A DNA stretch of 64,000 nt from assembly GCA_029262295.1 (NCBI GenBank), contig JAJCZR010000065.1, positions 857-64,856 of the forward strand. Reading direction: 5' to 3'. Of the stretch, positions 9,358-19,435 are shown piece by piece. The translations under genes and the position numbers were made by a program. This DNA is from Deltaproteobacteria bacterium. Lineage in GTDB: Bacteria > Desulfobacterota_D > UBA1144 > Nemesobacterales > Nemesobacteraceae. A model generated the notes under the pieces. The model made no database searches. It saw only the letters and a list, made by a program, of their open reading frames with translations, and was not told the origin of the DNA. Each line of letters opens with the position of its first letter. Position 1 is the first letter of the stretch.

Positions 9358-10161
9358 ATGGATAAATACAGAGTAAAACCCGGAAGCAAAGTAAATCTCA
9401 AAAAATGGGATCCGGATGATAGGAGTGAATTCGATCTTAGCAAGGAAGAGAGAGATGAGGCGCTTTATCCATTAAATAGAAAACTTGAAACTCTTCAGGA
9501 ACTACTTTACGCCGAGGGAAAACATAAAATCCTTATTGTATTTCAGGCAATGGATGCCGGAGGAAAAGATGGCACAATCCGTCAGGTTTTTGAAGGTGCG
9601 AACCCGCAGGGAGTAAAGGTTGCAAGTTTCAAAAAACCTACACACAAAGAATTAAGCCACGACTATCTTTGGCGCGTTCACAAACATACTCCCGCTAATG
9701 GTGAGATAGCAATCTTTAACCGGAGCCATTATGAAGACGTTCTGGTTGTGCGCGTGGAAGACCTTGTTTCAAAGAAAGTTTGGAAAAAGAGATATGAGCA
9801 TATTAATAACTTTGAAAAAATGCTTGCAGATGAAGGGACAACTATTTTAAAGTTTTATCTAAATATAAGTAAAGATGAACAAAAAGAACGTTTCGAGGAA
9901 AGACTAGATAAAAAAGAAAAAAACTGGAAGTTCAGTTTGGGAGATCTAGAAGTAAGAAAAAAATGGAATAATTACATGAAAGCTTATGAAGATATGCTTG
10001 AAAAAACCAGCACCAAATATGCCCCTTGGTATATTATTCCTTCCAATAGAAAATGGTATAGAAATCTTGTGATTGCCAGTATTATTATAGATAAACTTGA
10101 AAAATTAAAGATGGAATTCCCCGAACCGCAAGATGACCTGAGTGGAGTAAGAATCACATAA
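9358..10161 (+). CDS. ppk2: polyphosphate kinase 2 (class III-like)
   Basis: QAMDAGGKDG, FNRSHYEDV, KNWKFS, KWYRN. Confidence 0.92.
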   Translation: MDKYRVKPGSKVNLKKWDPDDRSEFDLSKEERDEALYPLNRKLETLQELLYAEGKHKILIVFQAMDAGGKDGTIRQVFEGANPQGVKVASFKKPTHKELSHDYLWRVHKHTPANGEIAIFNRSHYEDVLVVRVEDLVSKKVWKKRYEHINNFEKMLADEGTTILKFYLNISKDEQKERFEERLDKKEKNWKFSLGDLEVRKKWNNYMKAYEDMLEKTSTKYAPWYIIPSNRKWYRNLVIASIIIDKLEKLKMEFPEPQDDLSGVRIT

Positions 10162-10168
10162 ATTAAAA

Positions 10169-10363
10169 ATGACAAACTGGATATCAGGAATTACAGGAAT
10201 ACTCTGGGGCGCAGGGCTTATAATATTTAGAATTTTTGAGAAAATCTCGGAAGGCCAGCAGTTTTTTACAACTGGAAGAATAGTTGGACTTCTTCTGGGA
10301 ATATTTCTTTTCTCATATGGAATTATTTTTATAAGACGGGCATTAAGACAAAGAAAAAAATAA
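10169..10363 (+). CDS. small two-TM membrane protein
   Basis: Two hydrophobic segments and a basic tail; operonic spacing. Confidence 0.55.
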   Translation: MTNWISGITGILWGAGLIIFRIFEKISEGQQFFTTGRIVGLLLGIFLFSYGIIFIRRALRQRKK

Positions 10364-10383
10364 ATTCACGGGAGAGTGGAACA

Positions 10384-10953
10384 ATGAAAAGATTTGCAAT
10401 TTTAACCGGAATGGTTTTAGCCCTGGCAGTTGCAGGATGTGCTTCAAAGGGCGCAAGCCCCAAGGCAAAACGGGAAAACATTAATCAAGAACGTCAGGAA
10501 ATACTTAATACTCTTTATAAAGAAGAACCTCAAGCTAGAAAACAAATAGCTACTGCCCCGGGCTACGGAGTATTTAGTAATATCAATGTAAATATCATAT
10601 TTGCCAGCTTTGGTGGGGGCTATGGAGTTGTAAGGGATAACACATCCGGCCTTGATACTTATATGAGGGTTGGGGAAGCAGGAATTGGGATTGGTGCCGG
10701 AGCAAAGGACTACCGTCTTATCTTTGTATTCCATAATGAGTGGGCATTAAAAAGATTTATTGATAAAGGCTGGAACTTTGGGGCACAGGCCGATGCTGCA
10801 GCAAAATCAAGTGATAAAGGTGGTGCAGCAGGTGGCGAGGATTCGTTTTATAACAACGTTACTGTATATGAAATCACAGAAACGGGACTGGCTCTACAGG
10901 CAACATTGAAAGGGATGAAATTTTGGAAAGATAATTCCCTTAATTACAACTAA
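10384..10953 (+). CDS. YSC84/SYLF-related lipoprotein
   Basis: Lipobox VAGC; GYGVFS, GGGYGVV, GAQADAAAK, GLALQATLKG. Confidence 0.82.
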   Translation: MKRFAILTGMVLALAVAGCASKGASPKAKRENINQERQEILNTLYKEEPQARKQIATAPGYGVFSNINVNIIFASFGGGYGVVRDNTSGLDTYMRVGEAGIGIGAGAKDYRLIFVFHNEWALKRFIDKGWNFGAQADAAAKSSDKGGAAGGEDSFYNNVTVYEITETGLALQATLKGMKFWKDNSLNYN

Positions 10954-11022
10954 TTGTTAATAAATAATTTTGCTGGATAAAACCTGCAATTTATTATACA
11001 ATGAGAATAGGAGGTAATTATT

Positions 11023-11202
11023 ATGAAAGTAAACTGGGATAGCGAAACATGTATACATGCAGGGGAGTGCGTAGGTAACTCACCAAATGTATTTAAAATA
11101 GTGAATGATGAGTTTGTTATTGATGAGTCTGGTGCATCCGATGAGGAAATCAGGGCAACTGTTGCAAAATGCCCCTCTGGTGCATTAACCATTTCAGAAT
11201 AA
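11023..11202 (+). CDS. small ferredoxin, divergent 4Fe-4S mono-cluster (Fer4_19/YjdI-like), 59 aa
   Basis: Manual translation MKVNWDSETCIHAGECVGNSPNVF...VAKCPSGALTISE; strong AGGAGGT RBS. Absent from the ORF track because it is under 60 aa. Confidence 0.88.
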   Translation: MKVNWDSETCIHAGECVGNSPNVFKIVNDEFVIDESGASDEEIRATVAKCPSGALTISE

Positions 11203-11338
11203 GAGATTTATTCTGGTATTGCTTGGAAAATAAACTTTTAAATCTTTAGATGTTTTTTATTTAAAATCCAAATTATCAATAGGTTTATACTTAATAAATC
11301 TTTTTTCTGCATTTTAATTACAATCTATTAAAGAATTA

Positions 11339-11379
11339 TTGCTTTTTCTATACACATGATTTAAATTGTTATGTGTATA
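11339..11379 (+). promoter_or_regulatory. vapBC promoter with inverted-repeat operator
   Basis: TTGCTT-17bp-TAAATT. Arms TATACACAT (11349-57) and ATGTGTATA (11371-79) straddle the -10. Confidence 0.65.
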
Positions 11380-11395
11380 AAGCAAAGAGGGAAAA

Positions 11396-11596
11396 ATGAT
11401 TAGAACCAATATTGTTATTGATGAAGATTTAATTGAAAAAGGTTTAAACTTAACCGGGTTGAAGACACGTAGGGAATTGGTAGACTTTGCATTAAGAGAA
11501 CTGTTGAGAAAAGAACGGCAGACAAAAATCTTGGAACTCGAAGGAAAAATAAACTGGGAAGGTAACTTAGCTAAGCTCAGAAAAAATAGGGCTTAA
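11396..11596 (+). CDS. VapB antitoxin (DUF2191-type RHH)
   Basis: RTNIVIDEDLI...KTRRELVDFALRELL...GKINWEGNL. Confidence 0.9.
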   Translation: MIRTNIVIDEDLIEKGLNLTGLKTRRELVDFALRELLRKERQTKILELEGKINWEGNLAKLRKNRA

Positions 11597-11597
11597 A

Positions 11598-11996
11598 ATG
11601 ATCCTGGTAGATACAACTGTTTGGATCGACTTTTTTAAAGGCAATTTAACAAAGCAGGTAAAGTACCTCAAAAAATTTGTTGAAGAAAAAGAAGATTTAG
11701 CAATTTGCGGCATTATCCTCACAGAAATACTTCAGGGAATAAGATCTGAAGATCAATATAAAAAAGTAAAAAACTATTTTGAACCATTAGTTCTACTTGA
11801 GATTGGTTATGAAGAATATATTCAGGCAGCAAACATTTTCAGAGTAACAAGATCAAAAGGTTATACCGTAAGAAATACTATTGATTGTATAATCGCAGCC
11901 ACAGCCATCACAAACGCAACAAAATTGCTTCATAGTGATAAAGATTTCAAGGTAATTGATAAATTTACAGAATTAGAAGTAATAGAGAATTTTTGA
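11598..11996 (+). CDS. VapC/PIN-domain toxin
   Basis: ILVDTTVWIDF, EILQG, TIDCIIA, LLHSDKDF. Confidence 0.9.
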   Translation: MILVDTTVWIDFFKGNLTKQVKYLKKFVEEKEDLAICGIILTEILQGIRSEDQYKKVKNYFEPLVLLEIGYEEYIQAANIFRVTRSKGYTVRNTIDCIIAATAITNATKLLHSDKDFKVIDKFTELEVIENF

Positions 11997-12015
11997 TACA
12001 CTGAGAATTAAGACA

Positions 12016-12250
12016 TTAAAAACTTTTGAGACTATCGCTAAAAACTCCGTCTTTATCAATTCTGTCATTATAAGATGAAATGGCTTTACTATTTGCTTCA
12101 AACCATTTTTGTTCTTTCTCTACCTTAATTTCTTGAACCAGAGCTCTTTTAGTGGTTATGGAATATTGGTCTTTAATTCTTTGGTCATTTTCAATAAATT
12201 GCTGTTCACAATTAATCTGATTGGGGTTTTAAAATTATGATTATAGATAT
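12016..12250 (-). pseudogene. ccdA: ccdA antitoxin pseudogene, followed by a 9-codon ccdB-like stub at about 11990-12016
   Basis: Minus strand reads ...VNSNLLKMTKELKTNIP*PL, then a frameshift, then KRALVQEIKVEKEQKWFEANSKAISSYNDRIDKDGVFSDSLKSF*. A TAATG overlap leads into MS*FSVYQK. Confidence 0.75.
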
Positions 12251-12372
12251 TTTAGACCGATTTCTTACAAAGAGTATTTATAAAGACAAGATATTCCTAA
12301 TTATTAACAAAGATGAATATAAAAGCTTTACTTGTTTGACTAATAAAGATTTCCATTTAATCTCATAGCCTT

Positions 12373-13578
12373 ATGAAATATGTGCTTTTACAGGGTGATG
12401 GGATGCCCGATCACAAACTACCTGAACTTGATAATAAAACCCCTTTGGAAGTTGCAAACACGCCGAATCTCGACTTTATTGCTAAAAGTGCTGAGAAATT
12501 TGGGATGGTAAAAACAATTCCCGATCCACTTCCTCCAGGAAGTGATGTGGGGAACCTTACCGTCTTAGGATACGACCCGATGGTTTACTACACAGGCAGA
12601 TCTCCACTTGAAGCTGCAAGTATTGGTGTTGAGCTTTCGCCTTCAGATGTAACTCTCAGATGCAATCTTGTAACCCTTAAAGATCAAGACGGTCAAACTA
12701 TTATGGAAGACTACAGTGCTGGACATATAAGCACTTCTGAATCCACTCAAATTATCAATGATTTAAAGAAAGAGCTTGAAGAAGAAGGCTTTATCTTTCA
12801 CCCCGGAATCAGCTACAGACATCTTCTAGTTTGGGAAAATGGTAATTATGAGATAAATACAACACCCCCACATGACATTTCAGATAAACCAATTGATTCA
12901 TATTTACCAAATGGGAAAGGGACTACTAAGCTAAATGAATTCATTAGTAGATCGCGCGTGTTTCTAAAAGATCATCCGGTAAACAAGAAAAGGGTTGCAA
13001 ACGGAGATAATCCGGCAAACAGTATATGGCTCTGGGGGCAGGGGACTAAACCTACGATGCCAAGTTTTGAAGATCTTTACGGAGTAACAGGTTCTATCAT
13101 TTCAGCAGTAGATTTAGTGAAAGGAATTGGAAAATTTGCCAAGATGAAAGTAATTGATGTTCCGGGTGCCACAGGTTATCTCGATACAAACTACAAAGGT
13201 AAGGTCGATTATGCGCTTGAGTCCCTGAATGAAGTTGATCTTACAATGATCCATATTGAGGCAACTGATGAAACAGGTCATGTTGGAATAGCAGAACTCA
13301 AAATTCAGGCAATTGAAGATTTTGATAATAAGGTCGTAGGCCCCGTGTTGGAAGGAATTAAAAAGTTTGATGAATACAGAATACTTGTAATGTCAGACCA
13401 CCCTACTCCTATTGATTTAAGAACCCATGTTAATGAACCAGTTCCTTTTGCAATTCTTGATTCAAAGGATCTATCAGAAAAAAACAGTTCTTTTGTTTAC
13501 ACTGAAGGCTCCGCAGACAGTTCTGGCATATATATTCATGACGGCTGGAAACTGCTTGGCATGCTTTTAGATAAATAA
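12373..13578 (+). CDS. apgM: cofactor-independent phosphoglycerate mutase (ApgM type)
   Basis: GDGMPD, PPGSDVGN, TGRSPLEAAS, EATDETGH, SDHPTP. Confidence 0.9.
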   Translation: MKYVLLQGDGMPDHKLPELDNKTPLEVANTPNLDFIAKSAEKFGMVKTIPDPLPPGSDVGNLTVLGYDPMVYYTGRSPLEAASIGVELSPSDVTLRCNLVTLKDQDGQTIMEDYSAGHISTSESTQIINDLKKELEEEGFIFHPGISYRHLLVWENGNYEINTTPPHDISDKPIDSYLPNGKGTTKLNEFISRSRVFLKDHPVNKKRVANGDNPANSIWLWGQGTKPTMPSFEDLYGVTGSIISAVDLVKGIGKFAKMKVIDVPGATGYLDTNYKGKVDYALESLNEVDLTMIHIEATDETGHVGIAELKIQAIEDFDNKVVGPVLEGIKKFDEYRILVMSDHPTPIDLRTHVNEPVPFAILDSKDLSEKNSSFVYTEGSADSSGIYIHDGWKLLGMLLDK

Positions 13579-13580
13579 TT

Positions 13581-14627
13581 TCAGAACATCTCGAGCTGGT
13601 TTTCCACAGGCTTTCTAAACTGAGAACAGTCAAATTTAAAACTGTTTCCCAATATACCTGCTTTTTTACAGGATAGATTAAACAAATCTTTTACCTGCTC
13701 AGCAAAGATACCATCACCTTTCATACGGTTAAAAAACTTAGTTGAATTAAGTTTTCCATCCCTTACAGATTCTATTCTGTGAATTATTTTGTTTTTTCTA
13801 TCTGGATAGTGATTATCAATCCAATCTGAAAAAAGCTCTTTCACACCATAAGGAAGCCTGAGCATTACATATCCGGCACCACTTGCTCCGGCATTCACAG
13901 ATTCCTTTATAATTTTGGGTATTTCATGATCTGTGAGCCCGGGAATTACAGGAGCAATTAAAACCATTACAGGTATGCCATTTTCTGTTAGCTTCTCAAT
14001 CGCTTTTAACCTATATGAAGGTTGAGAAGCCCTGGGTTCCATCTTTCTTGCAAGCTTTGGATCCAGGGTTGTTATAGAGATGGCAACATGCATTCCGCCA
14101 AACTCAAAGAGTTCTTTTAAAACATCTATATCTCTTGTAATTAAATAATTTTTGGTAACTATTCCTGCGGGATTTTTAAACTCTGCTAAGACTTTCAAAC
14201 ATTCTCTTGTGATCCTAAAATGTTTTTCACAAGGCTGATAACAGTCAGTCACGCCACTCATTGTAATTGGTTTTGGCACCCATTTTTTTGCTGAAAGTTC
14301 TTTTCTTAATAATAAAGGAGCGTCTTCTTTTACAAATATCTTTGTCTCAAAATCAAGACCGGCAGATAAACCCAAATATTCATGGTTTGGCCTTGCATAA
14401 CAATAAATACAGCCATGTTCACAACCTCTATAGGGATTTATACTTGCTTCAAAAGGAATATCAGGGCTGTTATTGTGTGTGATTATCTTTTTAGTTTTAT
14501 CTTTATAAAAAACTGTCTTTGGTCTGTCCAGATTTCCAATCTCTTCTTCGGATGGAATAAAATCAATCTTTTCAAATCTGTTGGCAGGATTTTCTCCCGT
14601 CCCTCTTCCCTTTATTTTTAGAGCCAT
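13581..14627 (-). CDS. PA0069-family radical SAM protein (spore-photoproduct-lyase-like)
   Basis: NPYRGCEHGCIYCYARP, SAGLDFETKI, TDCYQP. Confidence 0.9.
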   Translation of the reverse strand: MALKIKGRGTGENPANRFEKIDFIPSEEEIGNLDRPKTVFYKDKTKKIITHNNSPDIPFEASINPYRGCEHGCIYCYARPNHEYLGLSAGLDFETKIFVKEDAPLLLRKELSAKKWVPKPITMSGVTDCYQPCEKHFRITRECLKVLAEFKNPAGIVTKNYLITRDIDVLKELFEFGGMHVAISITTLDPKLARKMEPRASQPSYRLKAIEKLTENGIPVMVLIAPVIPGLTDHEIPKIIKESVNAGASGAGYVMLRLPYGVKELFSDWIDNHYPDRKNKIIHRIESVRDGKLNSTKFFNRMKGDGIFAEQVKDLFNLSCKKAGILGNSFKFDCSQFRKPVENQLEMF

Positions 14628-14643
14628 AATCTGTTTATAAAAT

Positions 14644-14681
14644 AAAAAAGGCCATTTGGCAATACAACCAAACAGCCTTTT
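14644..14681 (-). terminator. intrinsic terminator of lon
   Basis: Minus strand AGGCTGTTTGG-loop-CCAAATGGCCT followed by a T run. Confidence 0.65.
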
Positions 14682-14704
14682 AGATTAACTACTTTAAACT
14701 TATA

Positions 14705-17125
14705 TTAATTTATATTTTCAGGTGCTGATTCGCCTCCCAGAAAATCAGGTTTACCGTGAGGTACCACAAAATTTCTGATAACCGGTTCATCTGAAACAAT
14801 AACTTCGCCCAATACCTCGTCCATGTGTTCAACAACCTTGATCTCAACTTCATCTTTAATATTTTGAGGTATATCTTTTAAGTCCTTTTCATTATCCTTT
14901 GGAATAAGAATCTTTTTAACTCTTCCTCTGTGGGCAGCTAAAATCTTTTCTTTAAGCCCACCAATCTGAAGTACTCTTCCTCGAAGTGTAATTTCACCTG
15001 TCATAGCAAGCTCTCTATCAATTGGTTTTCTGATAAGTGCACTCACAATTGCACTTGCAATTGCAATACCAGCGCTTGGCCCATCTTTGGGGGTTGCACC
15101 TTCAGGAACGTGAATATGAATGTCCACATTTTGGTAAAAATATCTCTCTAAACCAAGATGCTGAGCCCTACTTCTTACATAGCTCATAGCTGCTCTTGTT
15201 GATTCCTGCATAACTTCACCAAGCTTACCTGTGACAGTGAAGTTTCCTTTTCCAGGCACAATAGATACCTCAATTGTTAGAAGCTCACCACCAACCTCAG
15301 TCCATGCAAGACCTGTGGCAGCACCGATTTGATCGGTTTCTTCAATCTCACCATGCTTATACTTGGGTATATCAAGGTATTTTTGAAGATTTTTTGCTGT
15401 AATGCTTATATTATGGTCTCTTCCATGCTCAACAACTTCCCTTGCAATTTTTCTGCAAAGAGATGCAAGCTCTCTCTCAAGCGTTCTGACACCACTTTCT
15501 TTTGTGTACCTGCGAATAAGAGTTAGAAGACCATTATCTGTAATATTCATGTTTTCTTCTTTTAGGCCGTGATTCTCAAGCTGCCTTTCCATAAGAAACT
15601 TTTTTGCTATTTGAAGCTTTTCATTCTCTGTGTACCCGGGAACTCTTATAATTTCCATTCTGTCCTGAAGTGCCCATGGGATTGTGTGAAGAACATTAGC
15701 TGTAGTAATAAAAAGCACATTTGAAAGATCGTAATCGGCTTCAATAAAATGATCGTTAAATGTGCTATTCTGTTCTGGATCAAGCGCTTCAAGAAGTGCA
15801 GAAGATGGATCACCTCTGAAATCTGAACCAATTTTATCTATCTCATCAAGAAGAAACACTGGATTTTTTGTGCCTGCTTTTCTCATTCCCTGAATAATTT
15901 TTCCGGGAAGGGCTCCAATATAGGTTCTTCTGTGTCCCCTGATTTCAGCTTCATCTCTAATACCACCAAGAGAAATCCTTACAAACTTTCTTCCCATTGC
16001 CCTTGCTATGGATTTTGCAAGTGAAGTCTTACCCACTCCGGGAGGCCCTACAAAGCAAAGTATTGGCCCTTTCAACTTCTCTGTGAGCACTCTTACAGCA
16101 AGATATTCAAGGATCCTTTCCTTCGGTTTATCAAGACCATAGTGATCTTCATTTAGTATCTTTGAAGCTGCATCAATATCGAGCGTGTCTTCTGTAAATT
16201 CGTTTGCCCACGGAATCTCTAAAAGCCAGTCTATATAATTTCTCACGACTGTAGCTTCTGCAGACATTGAAGACATCATCTTTAGTTTTTTGATCTCCCT
16301 TTTTATTCGTTGTTCAACTTCTTCGGGAAGACCTTTATCTTTTATCTTTTCTTCAAATTCATCAATCTCACTTTTCAGATCGTCTTTTTCACCAAGCTCT
16401 TTTTGGATGGCTTTCATCTGCTCTGTGAGATAATACTCCCTTTGGGCCTTTTCCATCTGTTTTTTAACTCTTTTCCCAATTCTCTTTTCAATCTGAAGAA
16501 TCTCCACTTCCGACTGCATTTTTTCGTAAAGTTTTTCTAGCCTTTCGAGTGGATCCAGCACTTGCAAAACTTCCTGCTTGTCTGGCAATTTCATATTAAG
16601 ATGCGAAGCCACTGTGTCAGCAAGCCTGCCTGCATCATCAATAGACATTATTGTGGCAAGTGTTTCTGAAGGGATTTTCTTATTGAGTTTTACATAACCT
16701 TCAAAAGCTTTAACAATAGATCTCATGAGTGCTTCAGCTTCAACACCTTCTTTAGACTCTTCTGAAACTTCTTGTACCTGAACTACAAAAAAGCTTTTTC
16801 CTGAAATAAATTTTGAAATTTTTCCCCTTTTCTTTCCTTCTACAAGCACTTTTACTGTGCCATCAGGAAGTCTTAGCATCTGTACAATAGAACCAATTGT
16901 TCCAAGTTCATAAATATCTTTTTCTTTAGGTTCATTTACTTTTGCTTCTTTTTGCGCAGAAAGAAAAATCTCTTTGCTGCCTTTCATTGCTTCTTCAAGT
17001 GCTTTGATTGATTTGTCGCGCCCTACGAAAAGAGGGGCAACCATATGTGGATAGATAACTACATCCCTGAGTGGCAAAAGGGGAATTTCTTTTTCCGAGC
17101 TGACATTATCGATAATACTTGTCAT
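14705..17125 (-). CDS. lon: ATP-dependent protease La (Lon)
   Basis: LPLRD N-domain, [26 protein letters not shown]. Confidence 0.98.
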   Translation of the reverse strand: MTSIIDNVSSEKEIPLLPLRDVVIYPHMVAPLFVGRDKSIKALEEAMKGSKEIFLSAQKEAKVNEPKEKDIYELGTIGSIVQMLRLPDGTVKVLVEGKKRGKISKFISGKSFFVVQVQEVSEESKEGVEAEALMRSIVKAFEGYVKLNKKIPSETLATIMSIDDAGRLADTVASHLNMKLPDKQEVLQVLDPLERLEKLYEKMQSEVEILQIEKRIGKRVKKQMEKAQREYYLTEQMKAIQKELGEKDDLKSEIDEFEEKIKDKGLPEEVEQRIKREIKKLKMMSSMSAEATVVRNYIDWLLEIPWANEFTEDTLDIDAASKILNEDHYGLDKPKERILEYLAVRVLTEKLKGPILCFVGPPGVGKTSLAKSIARAMGRKFVRISLGGIRDEAEIRGHRRTYIGALPGKIIQGMRKAGTKNPVFLLDEIDKIGSDFRGDPSSALLEALDPEQNSTFNDHFIEADYDLSNVLFITTANVLHTIPWALQDRMEIIRVPGYTENEKLQIAKKFLMERQLENHGLKEENMNITDNGLLTLIRRYTKESGVRTLERELASLCRKIAREVVEHGRDHNISITAKNLQKYLDIPKYKHGEIEETDQIGAATGLAWTEVGGELLTIEVSIVPGKGNFTVTGKLGEVMQESTRAAMSYVRSRAQHLGLERYFYQNVDIHIHVPEGATPKDGPSAGIAIASAIVSALIRKPIDRELAMTGEITLRGRVLQIGGLKEKILAAHRGRVKKILIPKDNEKDLKDIPQNIKDEVEIKVVEHMDEVLGEVIVSDEPVIRNFVVPHGKPDFLGGESAPENIN

Positions 17126-17363
17126 TTAGGCATCTCCTTTTCTAACGTATTCTGAGTTAATATCATAATAAGATGTTAATGAAAATCTCCAGATTCAAAA
17201 ATCAAAGATCAATAAATCATAAAAAATGTCTATATCTATATATAATGTTGATTTAACTATTTTCAATACTTTTTGTTAATATACTATTAATTATAACATA
17301 AAGTTGGTCTTTCTTTTCCGTAACAGGATAAAAATAGCAATATTAATGTTTGTTAAACCTAGT

Positions 17364-17418
17364 TGGTAATTATTACCATGTGGTAATTACTTGAATTTAG
17401 ATAAGCTAAGTATATAAT
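17364..17418 (+). promoter_or_regulatory. Fur/PerR-like 7-1-7 box upstream of the ferritin promoter
   Basis: TGGTAAT-T-ATTACCA (17364-78), overlapping a second palindrome ATTACCA-TG-TGGTAAT (17372-87); then TTGAAT-16bp-TATAAT. Confidence 0.6.
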
Positions 17419-17448
17419 AAAATATAATTTTCAGAAGGAGGAATTAAA

Positions 17449-17952
17449 ATGATAGTTAGCGATATACAAGATGCGATAAACACACAAATAAAAAATGAAT
17501 ATTACTCTTCATACCTATATCTTTCGATGGCGGCTTACTGCGAAACAAAGAACTACCCAGGTTTTGCAAGCTGGCTTAGAAACCAAAGCGATGAAGAACT
17601 TGACCATGCAATGAGGCTTTATGACTATATTCTGGATAGAGACGGAAAAGTGATCCTGGAAGCAATAGATCAACCACCTTCTGAGTTTGGAACCCTTGAA
17701 GAGATGTTTGAAGAAGTGCTGGAACATGAAAAAGAGGTTAGCAGCATGATAAATAATCTTTATGAACTGGCATTAAGCCATAATGATCATGCAACTTCTG
17801 TAGAACTTCAATGGTTTATTCAGGAGCAGGTAGAAGAAGAGAAAACAGCTTCTGATCTTGTTGAACAGATAAAACAGGCTGATGGCAACAAAGCTGCACT
17901 TTTGATGTTGGATAGGGAAGTTAATGGCGGTGCCACTGAAACTAGTGAATAA
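17449..17952 (+). CDS. ftnA: non-heme ferritin
   Basis: E..SSYLYLSMAAY, EELDHA, HEKEV, WFIQEQVEEE; AGGAGG RBS. Confidence 0.93.
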   Translation: MIVSDIQDAINTQIKNEYYSSYLYLSMAAYCETKNYPGFASWLRNQSDEELDHAMRLYDYILDRDGKVILEAIDQPPSEFGTLEEMFEEVLEHEKEVSSMINNLYELALSHNDHATSVELQWFIQEQVEEEKTASDLVEQIKQADGNKAALLMLDREVNGGATETSE

Positions 17953-17958
17953 TTCTTA

Positions 17959-17989
17959 TGCCTGCAAGCTAATTTTTAGTTTGCAGGCA
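17959..17989 (+). terminator. hairpin / probable terminator after ferritin
   Basis: TGCCTGCAAGCTAA-TTT-TTAGTTTGCAGGCA; weak U-tail. Confidence 0.5.
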
Positions 17990-18127
17990 ACCTAAAATTG
18001 TCCCAAACTAGAATCCAAAAGTACAAATAAACCATCCTAAAAATATTAATTCTGAATTAAATCTTTTGTTTTTATCAAACTTTTTCACTAAACTTGTATG
18101 TTATAATTTTCAAAGTTGAGGAGATAA

Positions 18128-19435
18128 ATGTCTTTAGTTACAGAAAAAATCAGTAATACCAGTTTAAAAAATGGTGATCTATCCAGAGAGAACCTGGCGT
18201 TAAATTACAAGCGTGTGAGGGATTTCTCTCACCATCTTGCCTCTCCATTAACAACGGAAGACTATGTGATTCAGTCTATGCCGGATGTAAGTCCTACAAA
18301 ATGGCACCTTGCCCACACAAGCTGGTTTTTTGAAGAATTTGTGCTTTCCAAATTATATAAAGACTATCAATCTATAAATCCAAAATATAAATTTCTTTTT
18401 AATTCTTATTATGTGCAGGTTGGTGAACGCCACTGCCGCCCGAAAAGAGGGCTCATATCCAGGCCTACTGTAGATGAAATATATGAGTACAGGGAATTTG
18501 TTAATAAAAACATGGAAAAGCTTTTCAACAATGTTGACGATAAAGACTTCTCTCGGATTGCAGCAGTAATACAGATTGGTATTCACCATGAGCAGCAACA
18601 TCAAGAACTTGTATTAACCGACATTAAACATATTTTTTCTGAAAACCCTCTTGATCCTGTTTATTCAAAGAGGCCCGATTCTAATAGTGATGTAACTACT
18701 GGCAATCTCAAATGGATTAAATTTGAAGAAGGTATTTATAACATAGGTAATAATGGGAGCTCATTTGGTTATGACAATGAATTTCCAGAGCATAAATCAC
18801 TTGTGCAGGGATTTTATCTAGCCTCAAGATTAGTGACCAATGGAGAATACTTGGAATTTATTAATGATGGCGGATACCAAAAAACTGAACTTTGGCTTTC
18901 AGATGGCTGGAGCACTGTGTCATCAAATGGCTGGCGTGCACCTCTTTATTGGGATGATACACAAGGAGAATGGTGGCAGTTTACCCTTAATGGATTTAAA
19001 AAAGTGAATCCTGATGAACCAGTTTCGCACATAAGTTTTTATGAAGCTGAAGCTTTTGCAAGATGGTCAGGGGCAAGGCTTCCGAGCGAGTTTGAGTGGG
19101 AAGTTGCTTCAAAGGGGCTTCCGATTGATGGCAACTTTGTAGAAAAAGGTCATTTTAATCCGGTTGCAACAGATAGTAATGAAAAAAACTTACAGCAGAT
19201 GTATGGTGACGTTTGGGAATGGACAAGAAGCCCATACTCTCCTTATCCGGGATATAAAACACTTCCCGGGGCCCTTGGGGAATACAACGGTAAATTCATG
19301 TGCAACCAAATGGTGTTAAGGGGCGGTTCATGTGCAACATCCGAAACCCATATTAGAAATACTTACAGAAATTTCTTTCCACCTGAATCAAGATGGCAAT
19401 TTATGGGACTAAGGCTGGCTAAAGATGAAAACTAA
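18128..19435 (+). CDS. egtB: ergothioneine biosynthesis sulfoxide synthase EgtB
   Basis: DinB-like SPTKWHLAH, FNSYY, HHEQQHQE; FGE-sulfatase domain GDVWEWT, GEYNGKFM, VLRGGS. Confidence 0.92.
   Translation: MSLVTEKISNTSLKNGDLSRENLALNYKRVRDFSHHLASPLTTEDYVIQSMPDVSPTKWHLAHTSWFFEEFVLSKLYKDYQSINPKYKFLFNSYYVQVGERHCRPKRGLISRPTVDEIYEYREFVNKNMEKLFNNVDDKDFSRIAAVIQIGIHHEQQHQELVLTDIKHIFSENPLDPVYSKRPDSNSDVTTGNLKWIKFEEGIYNIGNNGSSFGYDNEFPEHKSLVQGFYLASRLVTNGEYLEFINDGGYQKTELWLSDGWSTVSSNGWRAPLYWDDTQGEWWQFTLNGFKKVNPDEPVSHISFYEAEAFARWSGARLPSEFEWEVASKGLPIDGNFVEKGHFNPVATDSNEKNLQQMYGDVWEWTRSPYSPYPGYKTLPGALGEYNGKFMCNQMVLRGGSCATSETHIRNTYRNFFPPESRWQFMGLRLAKDEN

Noticed and set aside
8654-9358. AATCTATA as an 8-bp target-site duplication around Phd-VapC
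   Set aside because: A low-complexity AT-rich 8-mer that recurs elsewhere (e.g. 22221, 46831); no terminal repeats or transposase.
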